The notes under the pieces are model-generated. The model made no database searches. It was given only the letters and a program-made list of their open reading frames with translations, and had not been told where the DNA came from. The translations under genes were made by a program, and so were the position numbers. From contig NC_079166.1 of assembly GCF_947568905.1 (NCBI RefSeq), positions 59,272,001-59,336,000 of the forward strand: a stretch of DNA of 64,000 nt. The letters run 5' to 3'. Position 1 is the stretch's first letter; the number at the start of each line of letters is the position of its first letter. This document shows positions 12,950-26,853 of this stretch, one piece after another. The DNA is from Ostrea edulis. Its lineage: Eukaryota.

Positions 12950-13482
12950 GTACAGAGTACAAGAATAGCTTTTCCCCCAAGCTATTTACCCCCCCCCCCC
13001 CCCGAAATTCTGGCTATAAAGCAACCCTACCACATCCACCGGAAACCTGGCTAACTATCAGTATTACCCCTAAATAAATTTGGCTATATAGCAAAATGCA
13101 TCTTATTAAAAAATGATCCTTCATAAGCGCAATGAGCATTCAATTCAGTAGTTGAACGACTGCCAAAAGAATTTACCCCTTTAATCAATATATCAAAGAT
13201 ATTAATGAAATTGCAACCAACCACGTATGTGTATTGTAGGGAAGTTTCACTACTAGGGCTAGGGGATATAGCCACCCCTCAAAGGGGGTGACTCACTAAA
13301 TACCATAGCCAGTCTTCCGATGGAAATCCAGACCAATCACGAAGGAGGGAGGCTCACTATTGATAAGTGTGGGGTGGGTGTGGGTGTGGGGGGTCTAACT
13401 ATATTGCCAGACTCCTCCGGGGGAGGGGGGCTTACTATATATAGCCAATTTTCCGGGGGGAGTCTCATTATATAATACCGGT
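12950..13482. mobile_element. Probable non-autonomous DNA element with repeated GGCTATA(TAG)/CTATAT motifs and G/C runs
   Basis: Motifs recur in opposite orientation towards the two ends; no clean TIR or TSD established. Confidence 0.4.
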
Positions 13483-13489
13483 AATTAAT

Positions 13490-13921
13490 ATTAAGCAGAT
13501 CTAAACAAGGTGTTCAGTCTATGAATCACCAAATCAACGTAAACTCAAATAATTCAAGACATCTTTAAGCATTTGAAAATATCAATTCATTTGATGCGCG
13601 CAACAATTCAATTGAAGATCTCTTCAAATAATTAATAATATCTACTATTCTAATTTCTAGCGCGCATTGATTAAATTGTTTATATTGCTCTGATACTTAA
13701 AATATAGAAAATCCGTCTTTAACAAAATTGAATTTTCACCTGATACCTACGACACCATGTCACATGTGAACACACACCGGAAACTCACAACAGAGTGTAT
13801 AAACTTGATATATTACATGAAAGTCACTACATTTAGTCTGGCGGTTGATTTAAGGAATTAAAAGGGAACTCAAGTGTTTCAACCACTTCTCAAAAAACAA
13901 CTTTTTGGGGAATTTATATAA

Positions 13922-13959
<38 letters not shown>

Positions 13960-14810
13960 CTGTCTAGTGTTTTGTCAGTTGAACTAAAATATACTCTTCT
14001 GTAACAGAAATTAATGTTAAAAAGATTTGAAAAAGGTTTTCAGTCTAAGAAGCTAAATTCAAGATAAGTTTAATTATTTGAAGATATCATCAATTCATTT
14101 GATGCTTGCAACAATTCAATGAAACATGTTCAGATAATTACTAAAATCTACAATTCTGAATTATTGCGCGCATTGATTGAATTCTTTATAGCATTGAATA
14201 CTTTGATGAGTTGATTAGGCTATAGTTGAATTGTTGTTCTCTTCAAATGAATTACTGATATCAACAATTGAATTGATGCCCTCCACAATTTAATTTAAAA
14301 AAGCTTTAATTCAATTACTGGCGCTTCAATTCAATTACTGTGTGTAATAATTTAATTATTGCTCTCTTCAATTGAATTGATATTTATTCAATTGATACAT
14401 GCAATACTTCTTCTAGATACAACAACTATCTAATTAGATCTGTCTTGAATTCATTATATTAATTGAAGTGTTTCTCTCTATATAAGAGTTGATGTGCTCA
14501 TTAATTTCTTGTACAAAAATCGTTGTAAATAAGATATTTTCAATTGAATTAAAGAGATTATTAAATCAATTATACGGAGCTCAAAATCACATGCCGCGCT
14601 GAAGTATTGCAGTCATCAGTTAAATAAATGCGCGCAGCAAACCCATTATTGCTCTCATACATTGAATTGATGGGCAGCGCGCATTATTTAATATATGGGC
14701 GCAATAATTGATGTGAACACCTAATCAATTGATGAGAACAATGATTGATTTGATGCGCACGTCAATTGATTATTACGGGTAATAATTGAACTGATCTTTT
14801 TATCTGAGTT
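13490..14810. repeat. Dispersed repeat with degenerate internal ~150-bp units (GCGCGCA/CAATTCAATTGA motifs); includes (GA)n at 13927-13958
   Basis: 13540-13700 resembles 14060-14210. Confidence 0.5.
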
Positions 14811-15807
14811 TTTGTTAATTTGGCGCTCCTTATCAGTCACACTTGTAATATAACCAATGTTGCATTCAAAGGCGTCTGTATCCTGGATGTCCTTTATGTC
14901 GAAATACGACACCAAAGGCCATTTAAAGGTGACCATACAGGAAATATTCCTGGTTATATGACAGTGTACTACAGTGCTTTAAAGATCCTTTTTTTTAAAT
15001 ATCTGAATACAGACACTGCTCAAGTCACAGGAAGAACTTGTACCAAGGACTTTTAAAAATACTGTGTGTCCCTGCATCCATCATGAATCTGATCGTTCAG
15101 AGTTCAGGATTTTTCTTTCGTACTACTCTTTCAGCAATCTATCAAGAGATACTGAATTTATAAGACTCTATTAAATTGTCTTGATTTTTCATTAGTATTT
15201 GAGAAGACACTGAGTAAAAATACTCCTAATCCAATTTGTCACTAGCGAAGTCCAAACCTAATGAAAACTACACCAATTTTAAGACTTCTTTAAAGCAAAG
15301 TACAATCAACTGCAAAATATAGGTGTACATATTTATTTCATAAGCATACAAAGCTGATCAATTTAGCTCAAAAAACCTCATATGATGTAAATAAAGCTAC
15401 TCTTTAGTCTTAAAACAGCAGACACTTAATGTTCATTCATATTTGAAATTTGAGTTAGCTATCAAACTTGAAATATCTATTGAATATAAATGAAAACAAG
15501 TTACAAGTAAGAGCATGGTACTATCAATTACATTATAAGTACATTAGTGTTAAACTGCAATTAGTTTTAGTTAAATACTGTTATATTATCTTAGTATATT
15601 CATTCAGTCTTTCAATCGCACATGAATATAAGGCCTTGGAATACCATTAAACTTTTTGTTCAATTCAAGATATAGATGGAGAATTATTTCATGTGTACTG
15701 CTGTTGATTATATATTTATCAATTTTGAATGAACCAATGTAAGGTGTACAATGAATGACAAATGCTGATAATACATCTTGTATATAAAACTAGTATCAAA
15801 ACCATTT

Positions 15808-17026
15808 ACAAGAAAGATTTAAGAAACATATATGCCCTCCATATTACAATATTGAAAATGATCATTTAGAATGTCTGTAGCAAAAGTTACAATGTATCTA
15901 TTAGTCAGAGGCAACCATTATATGTGATCTCTAAAGGTACTGAGCAGATATTTTCAAATAACCAGTTATTTGAGTCCTGGCCTTTGACCTTGAGAGTTTA
16001 AAACCAATGGGAGCCATCTATTCTTTAGGCGGCACCAGACTACCAAGTTTGATGTTTGTCAAACAAGGGTTCTCAAGATACTGAATGGACAAAATCTGAT
16101 GTCCAGAGTAGTTTGACCATTGACCTTAAAATGAATACTAGATATCTACACTTATGATGTGTCAGTGTACCAAGTTTGATGTCTGTCAAGAAACGCAAAC
16201 TCAAGATATTGTGTAGACAATACCTATGTCCGTAGCATTTTGACCATTGACCTTGTGACTTCAAAATCAAATGGAGTCATCTACTCCTTAGGTAGAACAA
16301 GTGTACCTGATTTGATATCTGTCAAGCAAAGAGTCCTCAATATATTGAGCAGACAATATCTTGTCATGTCCAGTTTGACCCTTGACCTTGTGACCTCAAA
16401 ATCCACGGGGTATCTAATTCTTAAGGAAAATTAGTGAACCAAGTTTGATGTCTGTCAAGCGAATGGTTCTCAAATATTGAACAGACGGTATCTTACTATG
16501 TCCAATTTTACCTTCAACCTTGGGATCTGGAAATCAGTAGGGGTCATCTACTCTCTAGGGGCAACCGCTGTACCAAGTTTAGTAACTGTCAGGTAAAGGG
16601 TTGGTTCTTTAAATATTCAGTGGACAATATTTTATTATGTACAGTTTGACCTTTGTCCTTGTGACTTCAAAATGAATATGGGACATTATGGGACATATAC
16701 TTCTTAAAGGAAACCATCTACTTCTTAAAAGAAACCACCTACTTCTTAAAAGAAACCAGTATACCGAGTTTGATGTCTGTCAGGAAAGCGTTCTCAAGAT
16801 ATTGAACAGACAATATCTTACTGTGTCCAGTTTGACCCTTGACCCTGTGACCTGTAAATTAATATGGTTCATTCACTATCTAGGGGCAATCATTGTACCA
16901 AGTTTGGAAACAGTCAAGCAAAAGAATTCATTAGATATTGAGCAGACAAGATTTGCTCTACAGACCGAATTAGTCATGTAAAACAATATATACGTCCCCT
17001 CTCGTTCAAATGGAGGGGGCATAAAA
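15808..17026 (+). mobile_element. HINE-like element carrying a ~165-bp tandem array (Cg170/pearl-like)
   Basis: About 5-6 monomers with TTGACCTTGTGACC..AAAATCAA..GGTCATCTACTC..TACCAAGTTTGATGTCTGTCAAG; 3' hairpin CCCCTC..GAGGGGG followed by CATAAAAA. Confidence 0.75.
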
Positions 17027-17399
17027 ATTGGATTAAATCTTTGTAACACCTCTGTCAGGAAGTAATTTTTTTAACAGCAAACTTTCCATGACACCATGTT
17101 AAACTGGACAGCGATTTCTCCTTCCAAATGGATTTTAGACAGCAACCTGAGCCAGAGTTTTTCCTAGTTTGATGAAAGTCTCAAATTGTCTTTACAAAGC
17201 TGCCTTTTCTGCAGTGGTCCAAGTGTGGCACTGAACATTGGCTGTAATAAAGAATGGACAGTACATATCACTTGAAACAGTTGTACAACAGTTTCTTGAA
17301 AGATTGTCCAACTCATTTTCTCTATCATTTACCATAACTTAAAGTAAATGATTTCAAATCAATAATATATTTTTTAAATGTTCTATCCTAAACCTTTAT

Positions 17400-18293
17400 T
17401 AAACTACCAATAGATATTTAATATAAAATAAGAATATTGATAAAACTGATGTATGCTCCCCAAAATACATCTCACCTGAATGAACTATTTCAAATAACAA
17501 ATGATTCACACAATGCTCAATAAATGTTGATATATTGTTGGAATGAAGGTTTCTTTATCATATATAAGGTATATGTTGAGTGATGTTGACCTTTACAAAA
17601 TGACCTTGAGTGACCTTTGTCTGAAAGCCATTTGCCTATTGCCTATCTGCACGATTTATGATCCATACTTGTTTAAAAACTAATGAAATAAGGCACTTTT
17701 CCTTATATATAAGGTGTATATTCTGAGTAAGCCTGACCTTCCCAAAATGACATTGGTCCAAAAGTCTGGTCATGAGTAAACTTTGAGTAGAGTAACAGAA
17801 AAATATGACTGTCCAAAATCCCAGCATTAAATTGGTGCAGCCTAAAGAACATTTGACTTTTGAGTCATGTGATCATGACCCTCTACAAATAACCTGGGCA
17901 TAAGGTTTATGACATACTTCTTGGCTATAAGTAGCCTCTGTGTCAAGTATGACTTCTCCATGCACCTCTAACTTAGAATATTAACATTCCTAAGACTTCA
18001 TAATCTGAAACTCCTAAACTGTGCCCCTAAACTTGTCTGAATGACTTGTGTTCAGGGTCATGACATTTCTTTGATCATATTTTAATTAATCTTGTATAAT
18101 TTTCTGAAGTTATTTCATAATAAAATTACATCATAGAGAAGAATTTTGCATTGCACACCCAGAAACCTTGACCTAGCTTGTCCAAATGATTATCATCTGA
18201 TGCTGGTTGTTGCACATTCTTTGAACACAAGCAACCTCTGCACCTAGTATATTATTCTCCTGTTTATCTCATCTTGCAATTTATGGCAAGGAT

Positions 18294-18342
<49 letters not shown>

Positions 18343-18535
18343 TGAAGATGGCCAAGGTCAAAAGGACAAATATCTTGGTACCAGTAGAAAGATCTTGTCA
18401 CAAGAAATGTTCATGTACAATATGAAAGCTCTAATATTTACCATTTAGAAGTTATGACCAATGTCAATTTTTTCTCAAAAAGTAGGTCAAATGTCAAGGT
18501 CAAAAGGTTTAGTACCCACGGAAAGGTCTTGTCAT

Positions 18536-18569
<34 letters not shown>

Positions 18570-18608
18570 TCTTACTGTTCAAAGGTTATTAGCAAGGTTA
18601 AAGTTTCA

Positions 18609-18639
<31 letters not shown>

Positions 18640-19520
18640 CCCCCCCCCCCCCCCCCGATCTTTAATCTAGGGGGCATAAAAATATCTGTAATCTTGTCCA
18701 AATGACCCTCTGCTAAGGTCAGGACATACCCTTAAGTTAAAGCAAACAAGGCTCAAAATTTTTCTAATTTCAAAGAAACAACAAAATGATCTAAATTAAG
18801 TAAACTTTGTCCAATCATTATGAAAACCCTAGGTGCAGATTTTTATCTGTCTTTATGATTTGAGAGAGTGTACACATTTTAAGAAAATTCCATTAGCTAG
18901 TCTCCTAAAATGAGTACAGCCAAAATTATGCCTACAGACAAATCGACAGACAGACAGACCAACAGACAGACATGGCGATTCTAATATACCCTCCTAATCT
19001 TCATTTGCTTGGGAATAACAAAATATAATACAAATTATGACATACAAATACCTCGCTTTTTTCTTCCCGACTTCCTAGATGAGCTTGGGGGCCTCAGTAT
19101 CTGCATTCCCTCTGAATATAGTCTACAACATTGAAGAGATAAAGCTTTAAAATGTTTGTACTGCTGTAAGTTACTATTAACAAAATGTAAATGAACTTTA
19201 AATATGTAATATACATATCGCGTTTTCCAAACACATAAACAAGTTACTTCCACCCTGTGTATGTGGGGACTCGGGCAAGTGTTGATGTCTCTATTTGAGT
19301 GAAATCCAATAACAAGAATATTAGTAATTGCTTCCCCAAACTGCATCTAACCAATGAAGTTGAACTACTTCATGTAACAAATGACTTGCACAATGATATA
19401 TAACCTTTGAAATAAAGGTTCTTTTCTATATAAGGTACATGTTGAGTGACCTTGATCTTTCCAAAATGATCTTTAGTGACCTAATCATTTGAAATTTATT
19501 AAGTTGCCTATTTAACTTAT
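17400..19520 (+). repeat. Cluster of further degenerate HINE-like fragments around the 18295 element
   Basis: TGACCTT motifs, (GACA)n at 18940-18970; 17540-17720 resembles 19400-19570. Confidence 0.5.
18295..18682 (+). mobile_element. Near-complete Helentron-type non-autonomous element (CvA/pearl-like HINE)
   Basis: AACAAGATGTGTTTGTGAAACAC start, two internal core repeats, GACA microsatellite, CCCCCGATC..GGGGGCATAAAAA end. Confidence 0.85.
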
Positions 19521-19980
19521 CTGTGTAATATATGGTCAATACCTATTCAAAAACTTTTTCCTTGTTAAATATAACCTTATTTTATTACCAAACATTTTGT
19601 CTTCACGCCGCACAACACAGTACACGTTAACATTATTTCACATTAGGAAATACTGGTCCAATCATTTTAAATATTGAATGTTTTTAAATCTTTTTTTTTT
19701 TAAATGCATTCATTATTTCTAAGTTACATTTTAATTTCTGAGGTGCAGGGTGGTGAGTAGGAATGTTATTTTTGAAATCATCACAATTAAATCATATCAA
19801 GATTGTGAAACTAAATTCAACATGCTTTAAACCAAATTTCAATGTGTTGATTGAGAGACAAAAGATTTTTGAAATCCAAATATAAACTTTGAATATTTTA
19901 GAAAGAGATAACAATGTTAAAAAGTTCTTGGATATCAACATGGTTGGTTACTACAGGTTTCTCAAAAGAATTGATCACTT

Positions 19981-20580
19981 TGTATTGACATTGAAACTCA
20001 CTTAACAGTTTAAGTGTGTGAAAAATCTGTATTGACAATGAAACTCACTACATGTGTGTGATAAATCTGTATTGACATTGAAACTCACTACATGTGTGTG
20101 ATAAATCTGTATTAACATTGAAACTCAATATATGTGTGTGATAAATCTGTATTGACATTGAAACTCAATATATGTGTGTGATAAATATGTATTGACATTG
20201 AAACTCACATGTGTGTGATAAATCTGTATTGACATTGAAACTCACTACATGTGTGTGGTAAATCTGTACTGGCATTGAAACTCACTACATGTGTATTGAT
20301 CTGTACTGACATTGAAACTCACTACATGTGTGTGATGTGTACTGGCATTTAAACTCACTACATGCATGTGATAAATGCGTACTGGCACTGAAACTCATTA
20401 CATGTGTGCAAATGTGTACTGGCACTGAAACTCACTGCATGTGTGTGATAAATATATATTGACATAAAACTCACTGCATATATCAGATGTGTTCTAACAT
20501 TGAAACTTGCTACATGTGTGATAAATGCATATGTATATTGGCATGATATCACGTGTGCATTGCATGTGTGTGATAAATGG
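19981..20580. repeat. 40-bp minisatellite (~14 copies)
   Basis: Unit TGTATTGACATTGAAACTCACTACATGTGTGTGATAAATC. Confidence 0.9.
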
Positions 20581-20599
20581 AATCCTTCATTCGTATGAA

Positions 20600-20712
20600 T
20601 GGGAGATAGGGAAATTCCACCGAGGGGACAAGATTTGCAGTCTAGGACGAGACTTTGCTGAATCTTAAGCAGTGAATCTTGTTCCAGAGGTGGAATTTCC
20701 CTATCCCACATG
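20600..20712. repeat. Long imperfect palindrome (possibly a Crypton-like non-autonomous end)
   Basis: GATAGGGAAATTCCACC (20605-20621) / GGTGGAATTTCCCTATC (20689-20705), with further pairing inside. Confidence 0.6.
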
Positions 20713-23182
20713 AGCAAATAATAAAGTGTTATTTTTCTCACATTTTATCAGTTCAGTATTTTAATTCAAGAGCTTTGAGAAAATTCAAAATTATTGAAAT
20801 CCTTCTTTGAATATATGCAAAAATTAATTACACAGTATGAAGATCTCAGCATACCTGAAAATGGTTTACAATATAAGTGTAAAGTACAAAACCCAAGGTT
20901 GTCCATAAAAAAGCTATACATAATATATATCAAATTGAAATTTGAAGAAAACAATACAAACTATTTTTCTTTATCGTGTAATGTAAATCAGAAAATATAC
21001 GACATACATATGTACATCACAAGCAAAAATATGTCTTAGCAGTGTAAGACAGAAAAATCTTGTATGGCTGTCTCACATGGGTTGAGTTGGTCTCACACTA
21101 GTGATTATGTGAGAAAGATGTATATTGCCTTATACTGGCATGAGCCTCACTATTAATATATAATCAATTGAAATATAGAGTCTGTATATTGATGAAGCAA
21201 ACTAAAGGCCAATTTCATTTGTCCAAAACTGGTGTACACTGCATTGCATACGTTATAAAACTGGTGTAAAACAACGCATTGAAAAATAAAATAAACTGTC
21301 GAAAACAAAAATATGGCAGAACATGTTATTTTCATTCTTGCCACTTTTATAATATATTCAAATCATCCAAATCCTTGACATAATTCACAAAGATCCCATA
21401 AAAGCATGAACATGATACATGCATGCAAACTATATAAACGGTGAAGCTGTTATGCATGAATTCTCATATTTTCAGTTGATGTTAATTTGTTAATCACCTC
21501 ATATACCCTGACAAACTAGACAGTGATTCCTTATATTTATGTTCCCAGAACTTAGGGTATACTCTGTTCTCAATAACTATACAAGAGATCCTTTATATGC
21601 AATCTTTTTAAGATGATTGTACGTACATGTATATCATTTGGATGTGCAGAAAGATAGTATTTTAGTCTGAATGTGCATGCATTGGATTTTGGTACACTAA
21701 CTTGGGAATCAGTCTAAATTTTTTGTTGTTCTTTGAGATTGTTTAATATTCATATTGTAGGCATTTATTAATTAAGACTTGTAATTTTTAAGATTTTTAT
21801 TTTTAAGATATTTTTAAGATATTTATTAACTGATCTGCATGTTCAAAATGACCAATCTGCACATGCATGCAAAATTTCATTTTGATTGGATTTAATACTA
21901 AAATGTCTGTAACTTTCTTATGAATAAAGTGAATGAGTTGATATCACAGCATAGTAGATAGTATGTGTATCTATATAGATTGGTGTAATACAAAAATGCC
22001 AACACTCAGTATATGCATATCCTGTCTTTTGAAGATTCTATATTTTTTCTATATTTCAAGGACCATAATGTTTATATTTTTTCATTAAATTCTTCTGAAG
22101 TTGAGGATTTTAGTATGTCTTGGCACTTACAAATTGGTATGGTTAAAATTACTAGCCAGCATGTGCATGCACAATTGTGCTAAATTTTGATTAGACAATT
22201 TCAAAATCTCCACAGCTTTCTTATATATGATGCAAACATGAAATTCAAACTAATTATGCTAATCATATGTACATGATACAAATACCTGTTGGATGACATC
22301 AACAGAATTACAGATTGACATATGCACATAACGTGCATTGCTTTCTTTCATTTTTTGGTACTGAAATGACCACAACTTTCTTATTAAAGGGTAATTAAAT
22401 TAAAATGATTTTTTACTGTTGATTTACAATATGAATACCTACACATGCACACGTCAAGCATTTCATTCTGATTAGTTGCATACGTAATATTTAGATAACT
22501 GGTAAATCTCTTATGAATGAGAAAAATGGAATTATATTGACATATTCCAGGTACATACTATAAAAACTTAGAACGTAAGATTATGATTAGTTGTGCAGAA
22601 GCACAATGACATAATTTCTTAAATGGGGGGATGTTTGCTTAAACTACTCTCACACATCCTAATTGAAGAGCAACTTGAACTGACCAATGCAAGTCTGTCT
22701 TCCATTCTGAGTGATTGATGAAAAGTTCCTGTGGTTTTAAAAACGATAGAAAATGCATTGTTCCTTCAAATATATTGTTGGTGCGAACAGATATTCTAAG
22801 TATTTTTACAAACTATGGTCTTTCTCTGATCGATTGAGAGGGGTCGTAAAATCTTATGTCAGTAAAATAAAGGAGACATAATAGAAATTTGAAGGAGTGA
22901 TTATTGGGATACCAGATCCCCCCCCCCCCCCCCCCCCCATGTAAATATAGAAGAGAGAGGGTTAATTTGTGATGAGCCACTGTGATGAAATCTCCAAATG
23001 TTTTAGATATACATATACAACAATATAAGATAAACAACTTTGTATTCAATATTTGTATTCACCTGAGGATGGATGTTAAAATCCAGAAAGCACTAGCGAT
23101 TTGAATATATTTTGGAACTGCATATTTTCCTGCTTTTTTATTTAATTATTTTGACTGTGTGATATCAACTCTTTCTATTTGG

Positions 23183-23186
<4 letters not shown>

Positions 23187-23237
<51 letters not shown>

Positions 23238-23450
23238 TGATGATCAGATGGAGTTCAATCACATAACATTTATTTCTCTACAGGCTGTTTCGTAAGGGGA
23301 TGGTTTCCCCTCACTCGTCGGGAAAAAAATGACATCTAACGAAAAACATCCGCATGGCTGAGAATATGTTACACAGAAACATACTGGATAGTTGCTAAGC
23401 ATGATTACACACATGATTGAGTAAATAGAAATATATATATATATATAGAT

Positions 23451-23497
<47 letters not shown>
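23187..23497. repeat. (TA)n at 23187-23234 and (TA)n(GA)n at ~23430-23497
   Basis: Directly visible. Confidence 0.95.
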
Positions 23498-23500
<3 letters not shown>

Positions 23501-24335
23501 AAATACACATTAAGTCTTAAGGTTCAAGCCACATAATGCTGTAAATTGTAGGTGGAGGACCTCTGGATAGTGAGTACATGCTGCATAGATGTTCCCTATG
23601 ACCCCCACCAATGATACATTGCCTGATAATTCATTTAAAAATGTTAAAGGAAAGAAATTCCAATCTTGTTTTTGATATTGCACTTTCTTCTCATTTATTT
23701 TGATAAAAGGGGTGCTTAGTTTATTAAATTCCTGAAAAAAAGCAATCGATAGAAAAATGCTGGTTAAATTTCGAATTGGAGCCTAGTAGGAAAAGAATAC
23801 AGTACCTAAAATTTCTTGTGGTTAAAAAGTTAATTTCGATCTCATGGTGACATGGATGATTATTTATATGAATAATTTGTCACATACTTGACTCCAAGGA
23901 GGTTAGGTTCTTCATAATGATATCCCAGCTAGTTCCTCTCTTCTTTCTATGTCTCTACTGGCATTTTGAGACACATAGTTTTTGGGTGGTTTTCCACTCC
24001 TATTACAAGCTTCCTTAAACAGCACCTGGGTAGTCACTTTCAGAATCATTTACATGGTTCCCTGCATGTTTCATCTGTATCTCATAATCTGTTGCGTCAA
24101 CTATGAAAAAGAAACTTGACATTAAAATCAAATGCAAAGAATCTAATGAAACATTAGCTTGCATATACACATGTATTTATATTATTTTTCAATCTAACAT
24201 TGCATGGTGACACATATGATTAACATATATAACATGGAAATATTTCCTAAACATGGATTATTAAAGTACAAATACATGTATGCATATTTAAGAAATAAGT
24301 TTAATTTTTTAAAGTATTTAAGGGCATGAACTGCT

Positions 24336-24692
24336 GGGTACCTGTAAAGTGCGAAACGAAATCGAAACGAAACGAAATCCGCCGAAACGAAACGAAATCT
24401 ACCGAAACGAAACAGATTGTATAACCGATCTCTTTTAATTATATCAGTTAAGCCGAAGGCCTACATCAAAGGGGAGGCGAATTTTATTGATATGTGGTAA
24501 CTTTCACAGGGGCCTAAGATGCCATTTTTAATTATTATAATTAAAAGAGTTTGGTTATACAATTTGTTTCATTTCGCTTAGGTAGGTTTCGTTTCGGTGG
24601 GTTTCGTTTCCTTTCGACATATTTCGTTTCGTTTCGGTGGATTTCGTTTCGTTTCGGTATATTTCGTTTCGTTTCGCACTTTACAGGTACCC
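24336..24692. mobile_element. 357-bp MITE with 9-bp TSD (Mutator-like)
   Basis: TIR GGGTACCTGTAAAGTGCGAAACGAAA, (CGAAA)n subterminal repeats, TSD TGAACTGCT at 24327-24335 and 24693-24701. Confidence 0.9.
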
Positions 24693-25067
24693 TGAACTGC
24701 TGCGCTTTACGCCAGCATACTTCATGAAGAGTGTTGGTGCTTCATGAAAAGTATGGTGCATGTTTATGCCCTCTGACATGTAAATAAACATCATGATCTG
24801 AATTTTTAACATATTATGAACACTCAACTTAATATATTTAGTGGTACCAGACTACTATACATAAATGTAAGCTTAAATATTCTTGTATGTGTTGCTCTAT
24901 TTCTACTGAATAGAAGTAGAATAGTATTCTTACTAGGCCTACTATATAATTGATACCAATAGAATTCGAATGCTGGACAACTCGCCCCCAAGACAACTCG
25001 CCCCCTCTTAGGACAACTCGCCCTCTCTCAGGACAAGTCGCCCCCTTCTCTTGAGACACTCGCCCCC

Positions 25068-25913
25068 CAGGGTTTGACATTAACTTTTTGGGGCACTAGA
25101 CCAATCGGGCTACTTAAAATGATTTTTGCTAGACCTGACCTTACATCCACTAGCCCTGACCAACGTTCCAGAATTTTTTTTTATAAGATTCTCCATATCT
25201 AAATACATGTACTTAATTTAAATGAAAAACGTTAAGTTTGAACTAAAATGCATTTAATTGTCTCAAAAAAATCTTTAATCTCGTCATTCAATTTGATGCT
25301 TTTACTTTCAACCCTATTTTCAGTTTCATTAAATTTTTACCGGCACGGAAATTCTTTAATCCATTTAGAATAAATTGACCTCAATATTTTTTTTAAAATT
25401 TCTATTTCATAAGCCCTAGCTGCTTTGTTTCTTCCCAACGTTTTCCTTTTTTTTTCTTTCTTGAGACATCTTTTGCTTTCATTGAGGACGAGATTTCATA
25501 TTTGATTATATAGACATTCCCGCACATATGTTTAATAAACACTTTCTTATATTCAATTCAAATGAACTGTTTTGGTGTTTTTTTTAATGAAAGTGAATTC
25601 AATAATTCTATTTAACCAAAACATAACTTTACACACTTTAACAATGTGTAGATGTCGTAGAACATCACTTACGACCGCGACTTATTAGAACTAAAGATAG
25701 AGATTATGTCATCACGCGGTTCATTAAATTGCTCGCAAACTCTTTACAGTTATTTTTTTTATGAATAAAATATTTTATGATTTAAAGTAAAGTTTCTTAA
25801 ATTTGTTCATATTTTTAACACGACCAGTCGGACTAGTAAATAAACATTTTACCCAACCAGACCTATCATTTAGTAGTCTCGGTCGGTCGGGCGTGCCTTA
25901 GTGTCAAACCCTG
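25068..25913. mobile_element. Nested hAT-like MITE
   Basis: TIR CAGGGTTTGACA / TGTCAAACCCTG; flanked by CCCCC on both sides. Confidence 0.75.
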
Positions 25914-25982
25914 CCCCCAATATTATATATAAATATATTATCACATTTTATTTTTATTTTGTGTGTGTTATTTACACTTTTA

Positions 25983-26853
25983 ACATTTATCAATGATGAA
26001 GCATGTAAAACTCTAGTAAACTCGCTAGTTACATCCAGATTAGATTACGGAAATGCATTGCTTTATGGTGTTCATTCTAAACACACCAGCAAACTTCAGA
26101 GGGCACAAAACACAGCTGCAAGATTAATAACACGCTCAAAAAAATCCGACCATATTACTCCTGTTCTAATAGATCTTCACTGGTTCCCAGTTGAGTACAG
26201 AATTCAATATAAGATACTTCCTTCATACTTTCAAATCTCCCAACAACCTATCTCCAGTTTACATAAAGGATATCCTTACAGTTTACAATCCCACACGATC
26301 ACTAAGATCCGAATCTCTGCATCTTCTCCAGGTACCTCGGACACGTACGAAAACATATGGGGATCGACGTTTGGACAAAGCTGCATCGAGTCTCTGGAAT
26401 TCTCTGCCTTTTAAACTCAGACAATGTACTTCATTGTCTAATTTTAAAGTGGACCTCAGAATGCATCTCTTTAAATTAGCTTTTAATTTGTGATTATTTT
26501 TATATACTTAGTGCTCTTACATACAGCTCTTACAGTGCTGTTAACAAAAAACAAACAACCCCCCCCCCAAAAAAAAACCCTGCTGTTTGTTATTATGCCT
26601 ATGTCCTTGTTATGTATTTAATTATTCCTAAGGGTTGTTTTAAATTGTTTCATATGTTATTAGGGTAATCATATCATATCGCTATATATTAATAATAATA
26701 TTTATGCATTTTAATTCTGACACTATGAATATTTTATTCACATGTATGTGCACATCGATTTTATATTATCTTTTCTTTCACACTTGTAAAGCGCTTTAGA
26801 GAACTAATGTTGATAGGGCGCTATATAAATCTTTTAATTACAATTACAATTAT
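25983..26853 (+). mobile_element. 5'-truncated L2-clade LINE (ORF2 C-terminus + 3' UTR)
   Basis: LVTSRLDYGNALLYG..KLQRAQNTAARLI..HITPVLIDLHWFPVEYRI..RSLRS..LWNSLP; 3' end GTAAAGCGCTTTAGAG..GGCGCTATATAAAT plus (ATTAC)n tail; one frameshift. Confidence 0.92.

Noticed and set aside
23880-24110. Exon-like segment on the minus strand (also 14820-15130)
   Set aside because: Stops occur in the candidate frames and I recognise no domain.
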